Shown piece by piece: positions 45,439 through 55,090 of a stretch of DNA of 64,000 nucleotides. The notes beneath the pieces are model-generated. The model was not told the DNA's origin and ran no database searches. It saw only the letters and a program-made list of their open reading frames with translations. How positions within the stretch are numbered: position 1 is the stretch's first letter; each line of letters opens with the position of its first letter. Source of the stretch: a virus; the IMG/VR virus record IMGVR_UViG_3300014656_000002, positions 2,771-66,770 of that record; one strand, given 5' to 3'. The position numbers were made by a program, and so were the translations under genes.

Positions 45439-46743
45439 TCAGCCTACCTCACTCACGTTAGCATCCCCCGCCCGGTCGCCCTCGATGAGCGCGGGGGTGA
45501 GGCCGAGGCCCGCCAATCTTTCGAGGCAGACCGCCACATATGCGGGCGATATTTCCATCCCGTAGCCGATGCGTCCGGTCTGCTCACAGGCGACGAGGGT
45601 TGTGCCAGAACCAAGGAAGGGGTCGTATACATCACCTTCGACTGAGTTCTCAAGAATATAAGCAATTAGATCGGCTGGCTTTTCAGTCGGATGATCGTCG
45701 TTGGGCGCGCGTTCAAAATGGAGCACGTTCCCGCGCTTTCCGTCCATCATCTGCGAGGGTGTACGCTTAGCAAACAACACTAATTCGTGCGTGCTACGCC
45801 AAGGAAAGCCCATCCCCATCTGCCCCTTATCCCAAATCAGCATATTCCTGACTGGGTAGTTAGACCTTTCGGCAATATCATAAGTCCAGCACCACATGCG
45901 CCAGTCGGTAAATAGATAAAGTGTATCAGCGGGCACAATTGCTAACACTTCTGACATGAGGGACAGGTATCCCCGCGTGCTTAGCTGATCGGCGGCAATC
46001 TGGACGTTCTGGCGATTGCCAATGCTTCCCGCTTTGCGACCAGCCTCTTGGAATCCGCCCGACGAATATGGAGGGTCGGACAATATCACGTCAACACGTT
46101 CAACCCCTAGCCCTGTTACCTCTGTGGCGACGCTCGCGTCGCCGCACATCACCCGGTGACTGCGCCCCGGCACGCTCAGGCTCGGCACTTCCCATAGCTG
46201 GCCGCGAGAAGTTTGCCACTTCTCCTGAAGCTCAGCCGCCCTGTCCAGGTCAGCGCCAGGGTCTTCCGCCCCGCCACCGTTGCCATTCGCGCTCTCCAAC
46301 AGCAGCGCCAGATTCGCCGCGTCGTTGTTCAGGTCCGCCAGCAGCGCGGCATCCATGCCCCAATCCATCAGGGCCGCCGGGTCGAACGCTCCAGCCAGCA
46401 CATCCCAGTCCCAATCACCAGCGCCCAGGTTTGCGGCGATGTTGGCCTCTTCGCACTGCTCTGGCGTCCAGCGCACAGCCCGGTATGCGTAGCGTTCCCC
46501 GCCAACCAGGAAGTGCCCCTCGGCCACCGTACCGCTAGGCGTCGGCTCATCATACTCGGCGGTCACGGTTGGCTCGGCATCCAACAGGCCCAACGCCTCG
46601 GCCCGCTGGTTGCCGCCGATAATCTGGCCGCTGTTCAGGTCGTGAACGATGCCGGACAGATCGCCCAGGCGTGCCAGCGTGTCCTTCAGGCGGGCGAACC
46701 GCTTGACGCTGATCTGGCGCGGATTGTGCTCGAAGTGTTTCAT
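45439..46743 (-). CDS. ParB-like domain + N6A/N4C DNA methyltransferase (beta class)
   Basis: NPRQI...GGNQR; DPPY, HPTEKP, DPFLGSGTT. Confidence 0.9.
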   Translation of the reverse strand: MKHFEHNPRQISVKRFARLKDTLARLGDLSGIVHDLNSGQIIGGNQRAEALGLLDAEPTVTAEYDEPTPSGTVAEGHFLVGGERYAYRAVRWTPEQCEEANIAANLGAGDWDWDVLAGAFDPAALMDWGMDAALLADLNNDAANLALLLESANGNGGGAEDPGADLDRAAELQEKWQTSRGQLWEVPSLSVPGRSHRVMCGDASVATEVTGLGVERVDVILSDPPYSSGGFQEAGRKAGSIGNRQNVQIAADQLSTRGYLSLMSEVLAIVPADTLYLFTDWRMWCWTYDIAERSNYPVRNMLIWDKGQMGMGFPWRSTHELVLFAKRTPSQMMDGKRGNVLHFERAPNDDHPTEKPADLIAYILENSVEGDVYDPFLGSGTTLVACEQTGRIGYGMEISPAYVAVCLERLAGLGLTPALIEGDRAGDANVSEVG

Positions 46744-46749
46744 ATCCCC

Positions 46750-46932
46750 CTACCCCTCACCCCCCGCGTCCCGCTCATCCCGCACCGCATCCCGCGCCGC
46801 ATCCCGCGCCCTGCCCCGCCGTTCGTGCGCGCGGGCCATGTGCCACGCTTCCAGGGCCGCCGCGCTTATCAGCGCCAGCAGGCACAGTAGACACAGCCAC
46901 TCGGCGGGCGTGGTCGGGGTGGCGAGGGTCAC
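46750..46932 (-). CDS. small membrane protein
   Basis: one hydrophobic segment; GTGA coupling. Confidence 0.45.
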   Translation of the reverse strand: MTLATPTTPAEWLCLLCLLALISAAALEAWHMARAHERRGRARDAARDAVRDERDAGGEG

Positions 46933-47990
46933 GGCGTCACCACCTGCACATGCGTCTCTACGCCGTCCGCGCCGATACCCTCACGCCAGAGCGTGTCTTC
47001 CGCGCCGAAGCAATAGTCTACCGCTGCCACCATATTCAAAATGCGCCCTTCGCCGGGGGCATACGGGAGCACATGCCCGCCCGGCAACCGGACCTCGCAC
47101 GACCCCGTTTGCTGCCGGATGAAGCTGACCCGTGCGGCGTAAGCGCTGGCGTCCAGGAACACCGTGGGCGAATGCGATTGGAAGATGTGCTCGAAAGCCA
47201 CGTCCCACGAGCGCTGGTCGGTTTCCCCGTCCGGCGGGTCGCCTGTCACCACAAACATTGGCACATCGTCCACGATCCCGTTGCGCTCCAGCCATCCGCC
47301 TCTGAATGTCACGGTATGCACCTGCCGCAAGCGGGCCACATGCCCCGCGTTGTTCTCGAAGAGACAGTTATCGAATTGCCAGGACCGTGCCCGGAAGGCA
47401 TCAATCGCGGCGTCGGTCGATAACTGGAAGCGGCACGAGTCGAAATGCCAGTTGTGCCCGAACACCGTGACCTTGACCCCGTTGGGCGCGCTCCTGAAAT
47501 AACAGTCTGTCGCCCGCACGTTGTACGTGCCCGTCTCGGTTAGCACATTCGCCGTCGTCTGCCCGGTGAAGAATACCCGGTCCAGCGTCAGGTCCGTTTC
47601 GCCGCCGGGCAGGATGTGCAGCCCGGCCGCCCCACCCTCGATACTCAGGTCCGAGAGCTTGAACTGGTGCCCGTAGCGCGCCGCCTCGACCTGGAGGCCA
47701 TCCGTGTCTGCCGCCGGGCGGATGATCGTCCTGAATGGCCCCGCGCCCTTGATGTGCAGCCCTTCCGGGTGCACGACCTTGGGCGAAACATCGTTGACCC
47801 ACACTCCCGGTCCCAGGCGCACCGTGCCGTTACCCGTGCTCACCACTTGCGCCGCGTCAATGGCCGCCTGAATGCTGCCGCCAGCCGCCACTTGCGCCGC
47901 CCGGTCGTAGACCCTGTGCAACGCCTTGTGATCCGCGATGTGTTCCGCGCGGGTCCGGGTAGCGTCGAAGTCAAGCGGTAGGGCCATCAA
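46929..47990 (-). CDS. right-handed beta-helix (pectate-lyase-like) protein
   Basis: SIQAAIDAA...GTVRLGPG...IKGAG; repeated FDxCxF turns. Confidence 0.8.
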   Translation of the reverse strand: MMALPLDFDATRTRAEHIADHKALHRVYDRAAQVAAGGSIQAAIDAAQVVSTGNGTVRLGPGVWVNDVSPKVVHPEGLHIKGAGPFRTIIRPAADTDGLQVEAARYGHQFKLSDLSIEGGAAGLHILPGGETDLTLDRVFFTGQTTANVLTETGTYNVRATDCYFRSAPNGVKVTVFGHNWHFDSCRFQLSTDAAIDAFRARSWQFDNCLFENNAGHVARLRQVHTVTFRGGWLERNGIVDDVPMFVVTGDPPDGETDQRSWDVAFEHIFQSHSPTVFLDASAYAARVSFIRQQTGSCEVRLPGGHVLPYAPGEGRILNMVAAVDYCFGAEDTLWREGIGADGVETHVQVVTP

Positions 47991-48033
47991 TACCCCTCAG
48001 CATAGCCGGGATAGCCCGGCTCACCGGGCGCAA

Positions 48034-48771
48034 TCAAGAAGGGACGCCGTGCTCTCGCAGTACGAACGCTTGCAGGTTGGCGACTTCCGGCGCGGTGATG
48101 GCCCGGTTTAGGAACATCGTGAGCGACATCGCGTTGGGCCACAATTGCGACACCGTGCCGCCCAGGATCAGTCCGCCGATCAGCACGCGATCCACTGTCA
48201 TCTGCCCCACGTCATAGGCCGCCGCGTTGATTATCTTGTTGCCGTTGACCCATACAGACAAGGCGGTTCCCGTGAACACCTCGATGATGCTGTACCAAAT
48301 ATCAGCCCCGGAAAAAACGGAGATGATATGACTTTGCACCAGCGTTGCAGCATCGTCGCGCCTGAAATAATCAAAGGCGTCAGCCGCCCGCCGGGCCGCG
48401 ACAAATGGATTCGCTCCGACCTGCTTTCCAGTGGCCCAAGTGCCAAAGTTCCCGACGGTGCTGTTTGCACGCACAACCTGAGCCACGGTATACGGCTGGT
48501 CGGACCCGGAAAAGATGGGGGCGACTGAGTTGACAAAGAAATAATCCGTGGAGCCATCGAACAGGATCGCGGGGTGCCCGTTGGGCGTGGTCACTGTTGT
48601 ATAGTCCGGCGTGCCCGCTGTGGTCACGGCGTTGCCATTGCCCGACGTGTCCACCCACGGCACGCCCGCCAGCGCCGGGAGGTACGCGCCCAGGCCGCCG
48701 CCAGCGAAGAGCTTATTGGGCGACCATTTGCCGCCCTGTAGCACCGCCATCTTCTGCTGTGTCGTCGGCAT
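48034..48771 (-). CDS. LamG/concanavalin-like virion protein
   Basis: WVDTSGNGN, NGHPAILFDG, VWVNG, NRAITAPEV. Confidence 0.75.
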   Translation of the reverse strand: MPTTQQKMAVLQGGKWSPNKLFAGGGLGAYLPALAGVPWVDTSGNGNAVTTAGTPDYTTVTTPNGHPAILFDGSTDYFFVNSVAPIFSGSDQPYTVAQVVRANSTVGNFGTWATGKQVGANPFVAARRAADAFDYFRRDDAATLVQSHIISVFSGADIWYSIIEVFTGTALSVWVNGNKIINAAAYDVGQMTVDRVLIGGLILGGTVSQLWPNAMSLTMFLNRAITAPEVANLQAFVLREHGVPS

Positions 48772-48960
48772 ACCGCCCCCGTGTCACGCGTGTCCAAATC
48801 GATCCCACTGCCCTCCCCCACGGCGGCCCCGGTGCGCCCGCGTAACGGGCGGCATGCCCCGCCAGGGAGGGTCGTGCCGCATCACCGCCAACCGGGATAC
48901 CCCGGCGCACTAACGTGTCCTGTTGCGAGTGACTTGGCACATACAGCAATAGGCCGGAAT

Positions 48961-49014
48961 CAAAAAATGACCCGACCATACTGATACCATTTCAGTATAG
49001 TCGGGTATTGTCAA
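48961..49014 (-). terminator. 15-bp hairpin plus T-run at the middle/late boundary
   Basis: stem 48970-48984/48992-49006, T6 tail; TTGACA at 49014-49009 immediately upstream. Confidence 0.65.
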
Positions 49015-49038
49015 GCGGTGTTTCTAGTTTGTTTCATT

Positions 49039-49389
49039 CTACGCGCTAAGCATTGCGTTAGCCGCCAATGCAAAACGCGCCTTCTGGCTCAGTCGCCAGC
49101 CCAGCACGCGCCGGGCGTTGCGCTTTTGCGAGGTAATGGGTTCTATCCATCCCCGCCGCACGAGGTCGGGCATGCGCCGCCATGCGGTCGTCTTGGACAC
49201 ATAAAGCCGCCTGGATAGCGGCAGGACGCTGATCCGCCCGCTGTCCCGCTGCACCGCATACAGCGCGCTCAATAACTCAAGATCGGGTTGGTCATCCACA
49301 TAAAGGGTGTGGATGGCGGCTTGTACAGCCGCCTCGATTTCGGATCGGACGATGCGCCGGATTTCCGCCTCGGTTAGCGCCTCACTCAT
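49039..49389 (-). CDS. winged-helix regulator (possible late-gene activator)
   Basis: LSRRLYVSKTTAWRRMPDLVRRGWI; last gene before the late operon. Confidence 0.7.
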   Translation of the reverse strand: MSEALTEAEIRRIVRSEIEAAVQAAIHTLYVDDQPDLELLSALYAVQRDSGRISVLPLSRRLYVSKTTAWRRMPDLVRRGWIEPITSQKRNARRVLGWRLSQKARFALAANAMLSA

Positions 49390-49616
49390 GCCGCCACCGC
49401 CAATCGCTCAAGCGTCCACGGATACACGGGCCGCTCCAACTCACCCAACGTCAGCCAGCCGCCTGGCTTGCACTCGACCGCCCTGCCCTGCCCCGGCGGC
49501 CAGCCCCGCCCCACCGCCAACTGGGCGCGGTAAGTCGGGGGCCAGCCCTGCGTCCACCGCACGCCCACCGTGAACACGCAGGCGGGGGTTTTGTAGCCCA
49601 AGCTAATGCCAGCCAT
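49386..49616 (-). CDS. hypothetical protein
   Basis: coupled ORF. Confidence 0.45.
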   Translation of the reverse strand: MAGISLGYKTPACVFTVGVRWTQGWPPTYRAQLAVGRGWPPGQGRAVECKPGGWLTLGELERPVYPWTLERLAVAA

Positions 49617-49797
49617 AGTATCGTCTCCGAATATGCCGCATCGCAGCCCGCATCGCTTCCAGCGCCCCGCTGGCGTCTTCGTAGGGCACGACCCACCACA
49701 GCCCGCCTTCCGCCACCAAGCACGGCGGCCCGGCACGCCCTGGTACCTCCGCAATCGCGCACAACATCCCGCGTATGGCGGGCACCGTCGCGTTCAT
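49603..49797 (-). CDS. hypothetical protein
   Basis: coupled ORF. Confidence 0.45.
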   Translation of the reverse strand: MNATVPAIRGMLCAIAEVPGRAGPPCLVAEGGLWWVVPYEDASGALEAMRAAMRHIRRRYYGWH

Positions 49798-50035
49798 TGC
49801 CCGCCCCCCTGGCAGCGCAGCCGCCGCCCAACCCAGCAGCCCAGCGGCACTTGCACACCCAGCCATGCCACCACGAGCGGCCAGCCGCCTACCACGAACA
49901 CGACCGCCAGCGCGCACGCCAGCACCGTCGCCAAACCCGCAACCTCGAATGCGCGTGTCATTCCCCCTGCCACCCTCTCTCTAGAATCGAACGGCGGCCC
50001 CGATGTTCTGAGGCCGCCGCGTGCGTGCGTGTGTT

Positions 50036-50368
50036 TCAGTCTTTCAGCGCATCCCGCGCCATCTTGCGAAACCGCCGCGCCGTGTCGTCAACCCCGTTGT
50101 TGTAGGCCGCGCCGTCCGCCTCGCTTGTGCCAGGACTCCAGCCCGCGATATAGCCCAGCACGGCGGTCAACTCCGCCAACCGCGCCGCCAGCGCGCCGCG
50201 CTCGGCCACGAGGGCGGCAATCTGCCCCTGATAATCCTCGGCCTGCATTGCCCATCGCTCGTGTTCGTCTTTTAGGCGCTCTTCCCACCGCTGGTTAATC
50301 GCCGCCGTTTGGGTGCGCAACACCTGCAACAGCGGCGTGTCGCCAAGTGGATCCGCTTTATCACCCAT
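50036..50368 (-). CDS. coiled-coil hypothetical protein
   Basis: GGGGAGAG upstream; heptad pattern. Confidence 0.55.
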   Translation of the reverse strand: MGDKADPLGDTPLLQVLRTQTAAINQRWEERLKDEHERWAMQAEDYQGQIAALVAERGALAARLAELTAVLGYIAGWSPGTSEADGAAYNNGVDDTARRFRKMARDALKD

Positions 50369-50588
50369 CCCCACACTCTCCCCGCGCCAGCAAGGCGCGC
50401 ATCTCATCCCCCCACCGCTTCGCGTCCAGCGGCATCAGGGGGTCGTTCTCAAGCGTGCCGTCCGCGTGCTCGATCAGGTAGCCCCCCACCCCGCGCTTGG
50501 CGTCCCACCACGCCCGCAGCGTGGCACGCGTGCCGTCCGCGAGGGTGACGGGGGTTGTGTACTCGGCTCCGTTGGGCGCGCGGGTCAT
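50361..50588 (-). CDS. hypothetical protein
   Basis: coupled ORF. Confidence 0.55.
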   Translation of the reverse strand: MTRAPNGAEYTTPVTLADGTRATLRAWWDAKRGVGGYLIEHADGTLENDPLMPLDAKRWGDEMRALLARGECGDG

Positions 50589-50962
50589 GGCTGGGCCTCT
50601 TTCTCTAGTTCACCAACGCTTTGTTCCATAAGCCGCTTGGCGTACACGGACGTGTAGGGTTTCATAACCTCAAGAAGCATCTGCCATTGGTCGTCCTCAA
50701 GGCTGTCAAGCCACAATAGGCTCCCAAGCGTGCGACGCAAATGCATGATATATTCTTCGCGGCGGAATGGCTCAGGCGTGGACCGCCACAACTCAAACTG
50801 GATACGGTCTTTCTTGCGCTCTATCCACCCTAGCGTGACAGCCGTTAGCGCCCCGCCCAACCAGCGCCGCGCGTAGGGCAGCGCCAGAGTGCCAATGCCG
50901 ACTCCGCAAAGCACACAAAGCGCGATGACCAGCCCGGTAAGAACGCCGTCCGCGTAAGTCAT
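50585..50962 (-). CDS. membrane protein
   Basis: N-terminal TM. Confidence 0.55.
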   Translation of the reverse strand: MTYADGVLTGLVIALCVLCGVGIGTLALPYARRWLGGALTAVTLGWIERKKDRIQFELWRSTPEPFRREEYIMHLRRTLGSLLWLDSLEDDQWQMLLEVMKPYTSVYAKRLMEQSVGELEKEAQP

Positions 50963-51168
50963 GGCTCGTCCGCCTTCCAACCGAGCAGCGTTCGCCACGC
51001 TCCCTCTTCAGTCCACCCCCGGGCACGCTTGCGTTTTTGGGCGTCCTGGATAACCCAGTGCGGGCCTTTAATAGTCAACCCAGGCACTCGCATATCCTTG
51101 GCGGCATAGCCGTCCTGTCGCAAGCGCTCTATCATGCGCGCCAGTGCTACCGTGCTAGTCTTCTCCAT
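50959..51168 (-). CDS. hypothetical protein
   Basis: coupled ORF. Confidence 0.45.
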   Translation of the reverse strand: MEKTSTVALARMIERLRQDGYAAKDMRVPGLTIKGPHWVIQDAQKRKRARGWTEEGAWRTLLGWKADEP

Positions 51169-51482
51169 CACACACCCTCTCCCTTGCTCATCGGCCTGCG
51201 CGGTCCCTGGTCTTCGTCCCACACGTCGCCATCAATGCCCAGTCCCGTCTCAGGCATCACCGTGAACAGCACGTACTCGCGGGCTTCCGTCGCCACGTGT
51301 AGCTCCCACGAGGTGCGCGCATTGTGGGCCAACCGCAGGGCGGCGGCGGACTTCGTAAGCGTGCGCTCCAACAGCGCCACGCGGGCGCGCAACTCGTCAC
51401 GCTCGACCTCGATCTCGTAGCAGAGGTTATCGCGCGGCGTAACGGGCGATATGTGGCCCTGCGTAATGCGGAACTTTGCCAT
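51168..51482 (-). CDS. hypothetical coiled-coil protein
   Basis: GAGAGG RBS. Confidence 0.55.
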   Translation of the reverse strand: MAKFRITQGHISPVTPRDNLCYEIEVERDELRARVALLERTLTKSAAALRLAHNARTSWELHVATEAREYVLFTVMPETGLGIDGDVWDEDQGPRRPMSKGEGV

Positions 51483-51513
51483 CGTGCATCCTCTCCCCCC
51501 GCGCCGTGGCGGG

Positions 51514-51840
51514 CTAGTCGGCGTCGTCCACAACACGATCTAATGTCCACCGCAGGAAGGCATCACCCTGCGCCGCGTAGATGCGGCCATCACTGGCGCG
51601 CTTCGGCGGGGGCATGGGCGTCAAGCCCGCGTCCGCTATGAACGCGCGCACTGCCGCGTCCTCCGGCGTGCCGGGCCAATACCCCGTCCAGAACGCCTTG
51701 GAGGAATCGTGCCCCTCGCAGTCGCAACTTAGCCGCTGCCCGCCACAAACAGTACAGTACTCCGTGTCGCAGCCCTCGAAGTGCACTTGCCCGGCGCGGG
51801 CGTTGCAGTCGTGGCACGTCGGTCGGAACTCGTCCATCAC
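51514..51840 (-). CDS. Cys-rich Zn-binding phage protein
   Basis: CHDC..GQVHFEGCD.E.CTVCGGQRLSCDC...WTGYWPG. Confidence 0.75.
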   Translation of the reverse strand: MMDEFRPTCHDCNARAGQVHFEGCDTEYCTVCGGQRLSCDCEGHDSSKAFWTGYWPGTPEDAAVRAFIADAGLTPMPPPKRASDGRIYAAQGDAFLRWTLDRVVDDAD

Positions 51841-51856
51841 TCACTCTCCCATCTGC

Positions 51857-52420
51857 TCAATCCGGGTAGGCCGCGCGGATTTCTTCCACGTCGGCGGGCG
51901 ATAGGGCGAACCATTCACCACGAACGCGCTTGTCTGCATACTGGCGGTGCAACTCGGTTTCAAGGGCTACGCAGTCATCGGACTGGATGCACGCTAGAAC
52001 CCGCGCCCTGAATGGCAGTTTTACTCCGAAGTCCCGCATCCGACGGCGCGGCGAAACCGCGCGCCCGATCTTGACGAGACGTGTAATCTCAATATCTTCC
52101 AGCAGATAGACATAGCCGGGGCCGTGCCCCCAGCGCGCCTCTAGCTGTCCCGGTGGCACAGGCTCACCCACATGCCAGACACGCCGCCGCATAGCCAAGC
52201 GGTCGCGTTCTTCCATTGCCCTTGCCAACGAGCGCATATGAACATCAACGCGTCCCTCCGCCCGCAATAACTCATTTTTCAGTCGCGCGTTCTCTGTTTG
52301 AAGTTCTTGGCCCTTGTTATATTCCCGCCAGAACAGCGCGCCAACCACAAACACCAACATCCACGACACGAAGATCGCCGTAACCATAAACGCAAAAGTA
52401 AACAGCACCGCAGCCTCCAT
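51857..52420 (-). CDS. TM + coiled-coil + GIY-YIG (T5orf172/MUG113-like) protein
   Basis: GYVYLL...VKIGRA..PRRR...LETELH..Y...RVRGEWF; hydrophobic N-terminus. Confidence 0.8.
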   Translation of the reverse strand: MEAAVLFTFAFMVTAIFVSWMLVFVVGALFWREYNKGQELQTENARLKNELLRAEGRVDVHMRSLARAMEERDRLAMRRRVWHVGEPVPPGQLEARWGHGPGYVYLLEDIEITRLVKIGRAVSPRRRMRDFGVKLPFRARVLACIQSDDCVALETELHRQYADKRVRGEWFALSPADVEEIRAAYPD

Positions 52421-52556
52421 AGAAAACGGCGCGCCCTTGTAAGGAGCGCGCCGCCTGTGGTATCATGGCTGCCAGCGCACTCTGCCTACATCAGAGTCGC
52501 GTTAGTCGCTGGCGGATGTGCAACCATCCTCCGGCGACGTTCTTTGTATAGCTAGA

Positions 52557-52585
52557 ATTGTAGCACTAACACGCCGCAATTGCAA
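52557..52585 (-). promoter_or_regulatory. sigma70-type promoter upstream of a structured leader
   Basis: TTGCAA-17-TACAAT with TG extension. Confidence 0.6.
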
Positions 52586-52732
52586 GCCCCAAAGGCTACG
52601 GAACCGCCACCTTTTCCGCCGTGTGTGTCCTTACGCGACAGGCGTCGGAACAGTATTTCCGGCGACGCGTTGCGTTAGCTGGTAGCGGGTTATTGCAGTC
52701 AGGCGCAGCGCAGAAACGTTGCGAGATCGTCT

Positions 52733-53413
52733 TTAGTGGTTTGTTCCGTTTCCGTTGCTGTGGCCGTTTCCGTTGTGCCCGTTCCCCTGGAGTTGCGTCG
52801 CCCCTATCACCGGGGCCAGCCCCGCTTTGGTCTGCGCGGGTTTCGGTGCTTTTCCCTCCGGCTCCGTAAGCATGATCGGCGTTGGTTCCGTAAGCACCGG
52901 GGCATTCATAACCACGGATTTCTTCTCGTGTTGCGTAACCTTTTCGTGATCTTCCGAATGGCTGAACGTATACAGAACCGTTGCCAACGGAAGTAGGGCG
53001 GGAAGCACCCAGATCGCGGCGTCTTTGATTACGGTAACTACGCCAATCCAGTCCGCCCGGATGCCCTCGCCTAACGGTAACTTAGGGATATGGTGGGCAA
53101 GATAGAGCCATTGGAGGTAGTACGTCGCCGCCGCCAATACGAAAAAGGTGAGGTACTTTGTCTTGGCCCGGTTTCCGTTGCGTATCTCGGCGCTTGTCGC
53201 GATCTGTCCAACGTCAACCGCAAACGCAATCAGCGCGGCAGGCACTACGAAAAAGCACCACTGAACTACGGAAAGCCAGTCGCTAATTGCGGGGGCCGTT
53301 CCGCTAAACGTTACGGAAAGTGACCATGTTGAATGCACGAAAGCCGCCGCGCCCGTTGTGGCAATAAACGGCTCCTCTTTGATTTTCTGCCAGAGTTTGC
53401 GTAATGTCTCCAT
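52733..53413 (-). CDS. four-TM membrane protein
   Basis: four hydrophobic segments; low-complexity NGH tail. Confidence 0.75.
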   Translation of the reverse strand: METLRKLWQKIKEEPFIATTGAAAFVHSTWSLSVTFSGTAPAISDWLSVVQWCFFVVPAALIAFAVDVGQIATSAEIRNGNRAKTKYLTFFVLAAATYYLQWLYLAHHIPKLPLGEGIRADWIGVVTVIKDAAIWVLPALLPLATVLYTFSHSEDHEKVTQHEKKSVVMNAPVLTEPTPIMLTEPEGKAPKPAQTKAGLAPVIGATQLQGNGHNGNGHSNGNGTNH

Positions 53414-53570
53414 GCTTGCCTATCCCCTCGATTTAGGTATACTTTCGATGGCGCGGTGACCTATCCCCACCGTGCCGGCCCCGGTCAACTCCGGGGCTTT
53501 CCATTCGCTCCCAATCCTACACCCACCAGGGGGGCGATCACAACCCGTCCCCCAGCGCCCCCCGCGCGGC

Positions 53571-54023
53571 CTACGCCGCCGCTCCCAGCGCCCCCGCGTC
53601 CCAATGCGGCGGTTGCAGCGCCCACACGTCGCCCGCGCCGAACACCTGGGCGTCCGGGATGCGGGGCAGGCTGCCCGCATAGCCAGCGGGCGCGGGCCAC
53701 AGGGTCACGGTGATCGGCTGGCCGGGCTTCCAGGTGGCGTCGTCAATCCCGGCCACCACGTACTCATCCACGTCCTTATCCAGCGCACCGTGCACCCGCA
53801 TGCAGATAGACGTGTTACCGATCCGCGTCCACACTATCGCCGTGACGTGTCCCAGCGGAAGTTCCGCAACACTCACGAATGACGCGGGCCTGCCCGTCGG
53901 TGCGCACTCCGCTTCCGCCGCATCCGGTACAGATTCGGCCATGGTGCCAGCGGGTTCCGTGGCACAGGAGGCAGGGGCCATTGTTCCCGGCCCCAACAAC
54001 AGCATCGTTCCGGTCGTTTCCAT
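53571..54023 (-). CDS. hypothetical protein
   Basis: GAGGTG RBS; CATE..C pattern. Confidence 0.5.
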   Translation of the reverse strand: METTGTMLLLGPGTMAPASCATEPAGTMAESVPDAAEAECAPTGRPASFVSVAELPLGHVTAIVWTRIGNTSICMRVHGALDKDVDEYVVAGIDDATWKPGQPITVTLWPAPAGYAGSLPRIPDAQVFGAGDVWALQPPHWDAGALGAAA

Positions 54024-54035
54024 TGTCAGTCACCT

Positions 54036-54263
54036 CTATGATCCTTTCCATTTGCGCCGCTGATTGCAGCACTTTTTGCACACGTAATGAAAGCCAAGCG
54101 GTCGCCGCCTGTGGCGCTGGTAATGCTTCTCGTCCAGGGGCAGCCAGTCCCCGCACATCGAGCACCGCCGCTGGCGCACGCCGTCGATCAGGCGCACGAG
54201 CGGGGCGTAACGCTGGTTGGGCGCGGGGTCACACCACAGTCGCATTCCTTGCGGGTTCGCCAT
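54036..54263 (-). CDS. Zn-finger protein resembling the HNH N-terminal repeats
   Basis: RRCSMCGDWLP...GFHYVCKKC. Confidence 0.6.
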   Translation of the reverse strand: MANPQGMRLWCDPAPNQRYAPLVRLIDGVRQRRCSMCGDWLPLDEKHYQRHRRRPLGFHYVCKKCCNQRRKWKGS

Positions 54264-54475
54264 CACGCCACCGCCCACACGTGCCGCGTTTTGCGCCGCG
54301 GGCGCGGTTGGGCAGGGAGGGGGGCTATCGTCGCTCTAGCACCCCTTCCAGGGGCAGGGCGGGCATATTTCAGCGCCCAGACGCCATACCACAGCGGGTA
54401 GCCCGTGTCCAGCACGCCCACGCGGTCGCTGGGCTGGACTGCGGCGGGGGCGGGGCTTGCGTTTGTCATGCTCAT
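54263..54475 (-). CDS. hypothetical protein
   Basis: GGAGG RBS; TGATG coupling. Confidence 0.45.
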   Translation of the reverse strand: MSMTNASPAPAAVQPSDRVGVLDTGYPLWYGVWALKYARPAPGRGARATIAPLPAQPRPRRKTRHVWAVA

Positions 54476-54693
54476 CCTCCAAATGAAAACGCCCAGCGCG
54501 AGGCCGGGCGTTGCGTGCGGGGTGGGGGGGGCTAGGTACTTTCCATATCCATCGCCACGAGGTAGGCCAGGACAGCCATCCCCATACCAAAGCTGGCGAC
54601 TCCCTCGCCTCCGGCCATAAAAGCGACCAGACTAACCGCCGCAATCAGGGCGGAAACTCCGCGCATAAGCAGGTCTTTATCCATGTTCTCCCC

Positions 54694-55080
54694 CTAGAAA
54701 GGAATCTGGCTCATGTTGTCAGGCTCGGCGGCAGGCCCTTGCCCGCCCGCGTCGGCGCTCTCGTCGCGGCTGTCCAGCAAGTCGATATAGCTGGCCGTAA
54801 TTTCGAGCGTGGCCTGCGGCGCGCCGTTCTCTGGCGTCCAGATGTCTATCCCGGTCACGCGCCCGTCAATCGTCACCTTGGAGCCTTTCTTCAGCCACTC
54901 GTTATAGCGCTCCGCCTGATCTCCCCAGGCGGTCACACGCGCCTTGGTGTCCTTGGCATTCTCACCGCGCCCGTCCTTCAAGTAGCAGATGACCGAGCCG
55001 ACCGCCTTCCCCGCCGGGGTAAAGCGCAACTCAAAGTCAGTCGCCAAATACACGTTAGCCGTGATGCGTTGCCAGTTCAT
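54694..55080 (-). CDS. ssb: single-stranded DNA-binding protein
   Basis: ELRFTPAGKAV, VTAWGDQAE...LKKGSKV.IDGR; C-terminal IPF. Confidence 0.92.
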   Translation of the reverse strand: MNWQRITANVYLATDFELRFTPAGKAVGSVICYLKDGRGENAKDTKARVTAWGDQAERYNEWLKKGSKVTIDGRVTGIDIWTPENGAPQATLEITASYIDLLDSRDESADAGGQGPAAEPDNMSQIPF

Positions 55081-55090
55081 ATCACTCTCC

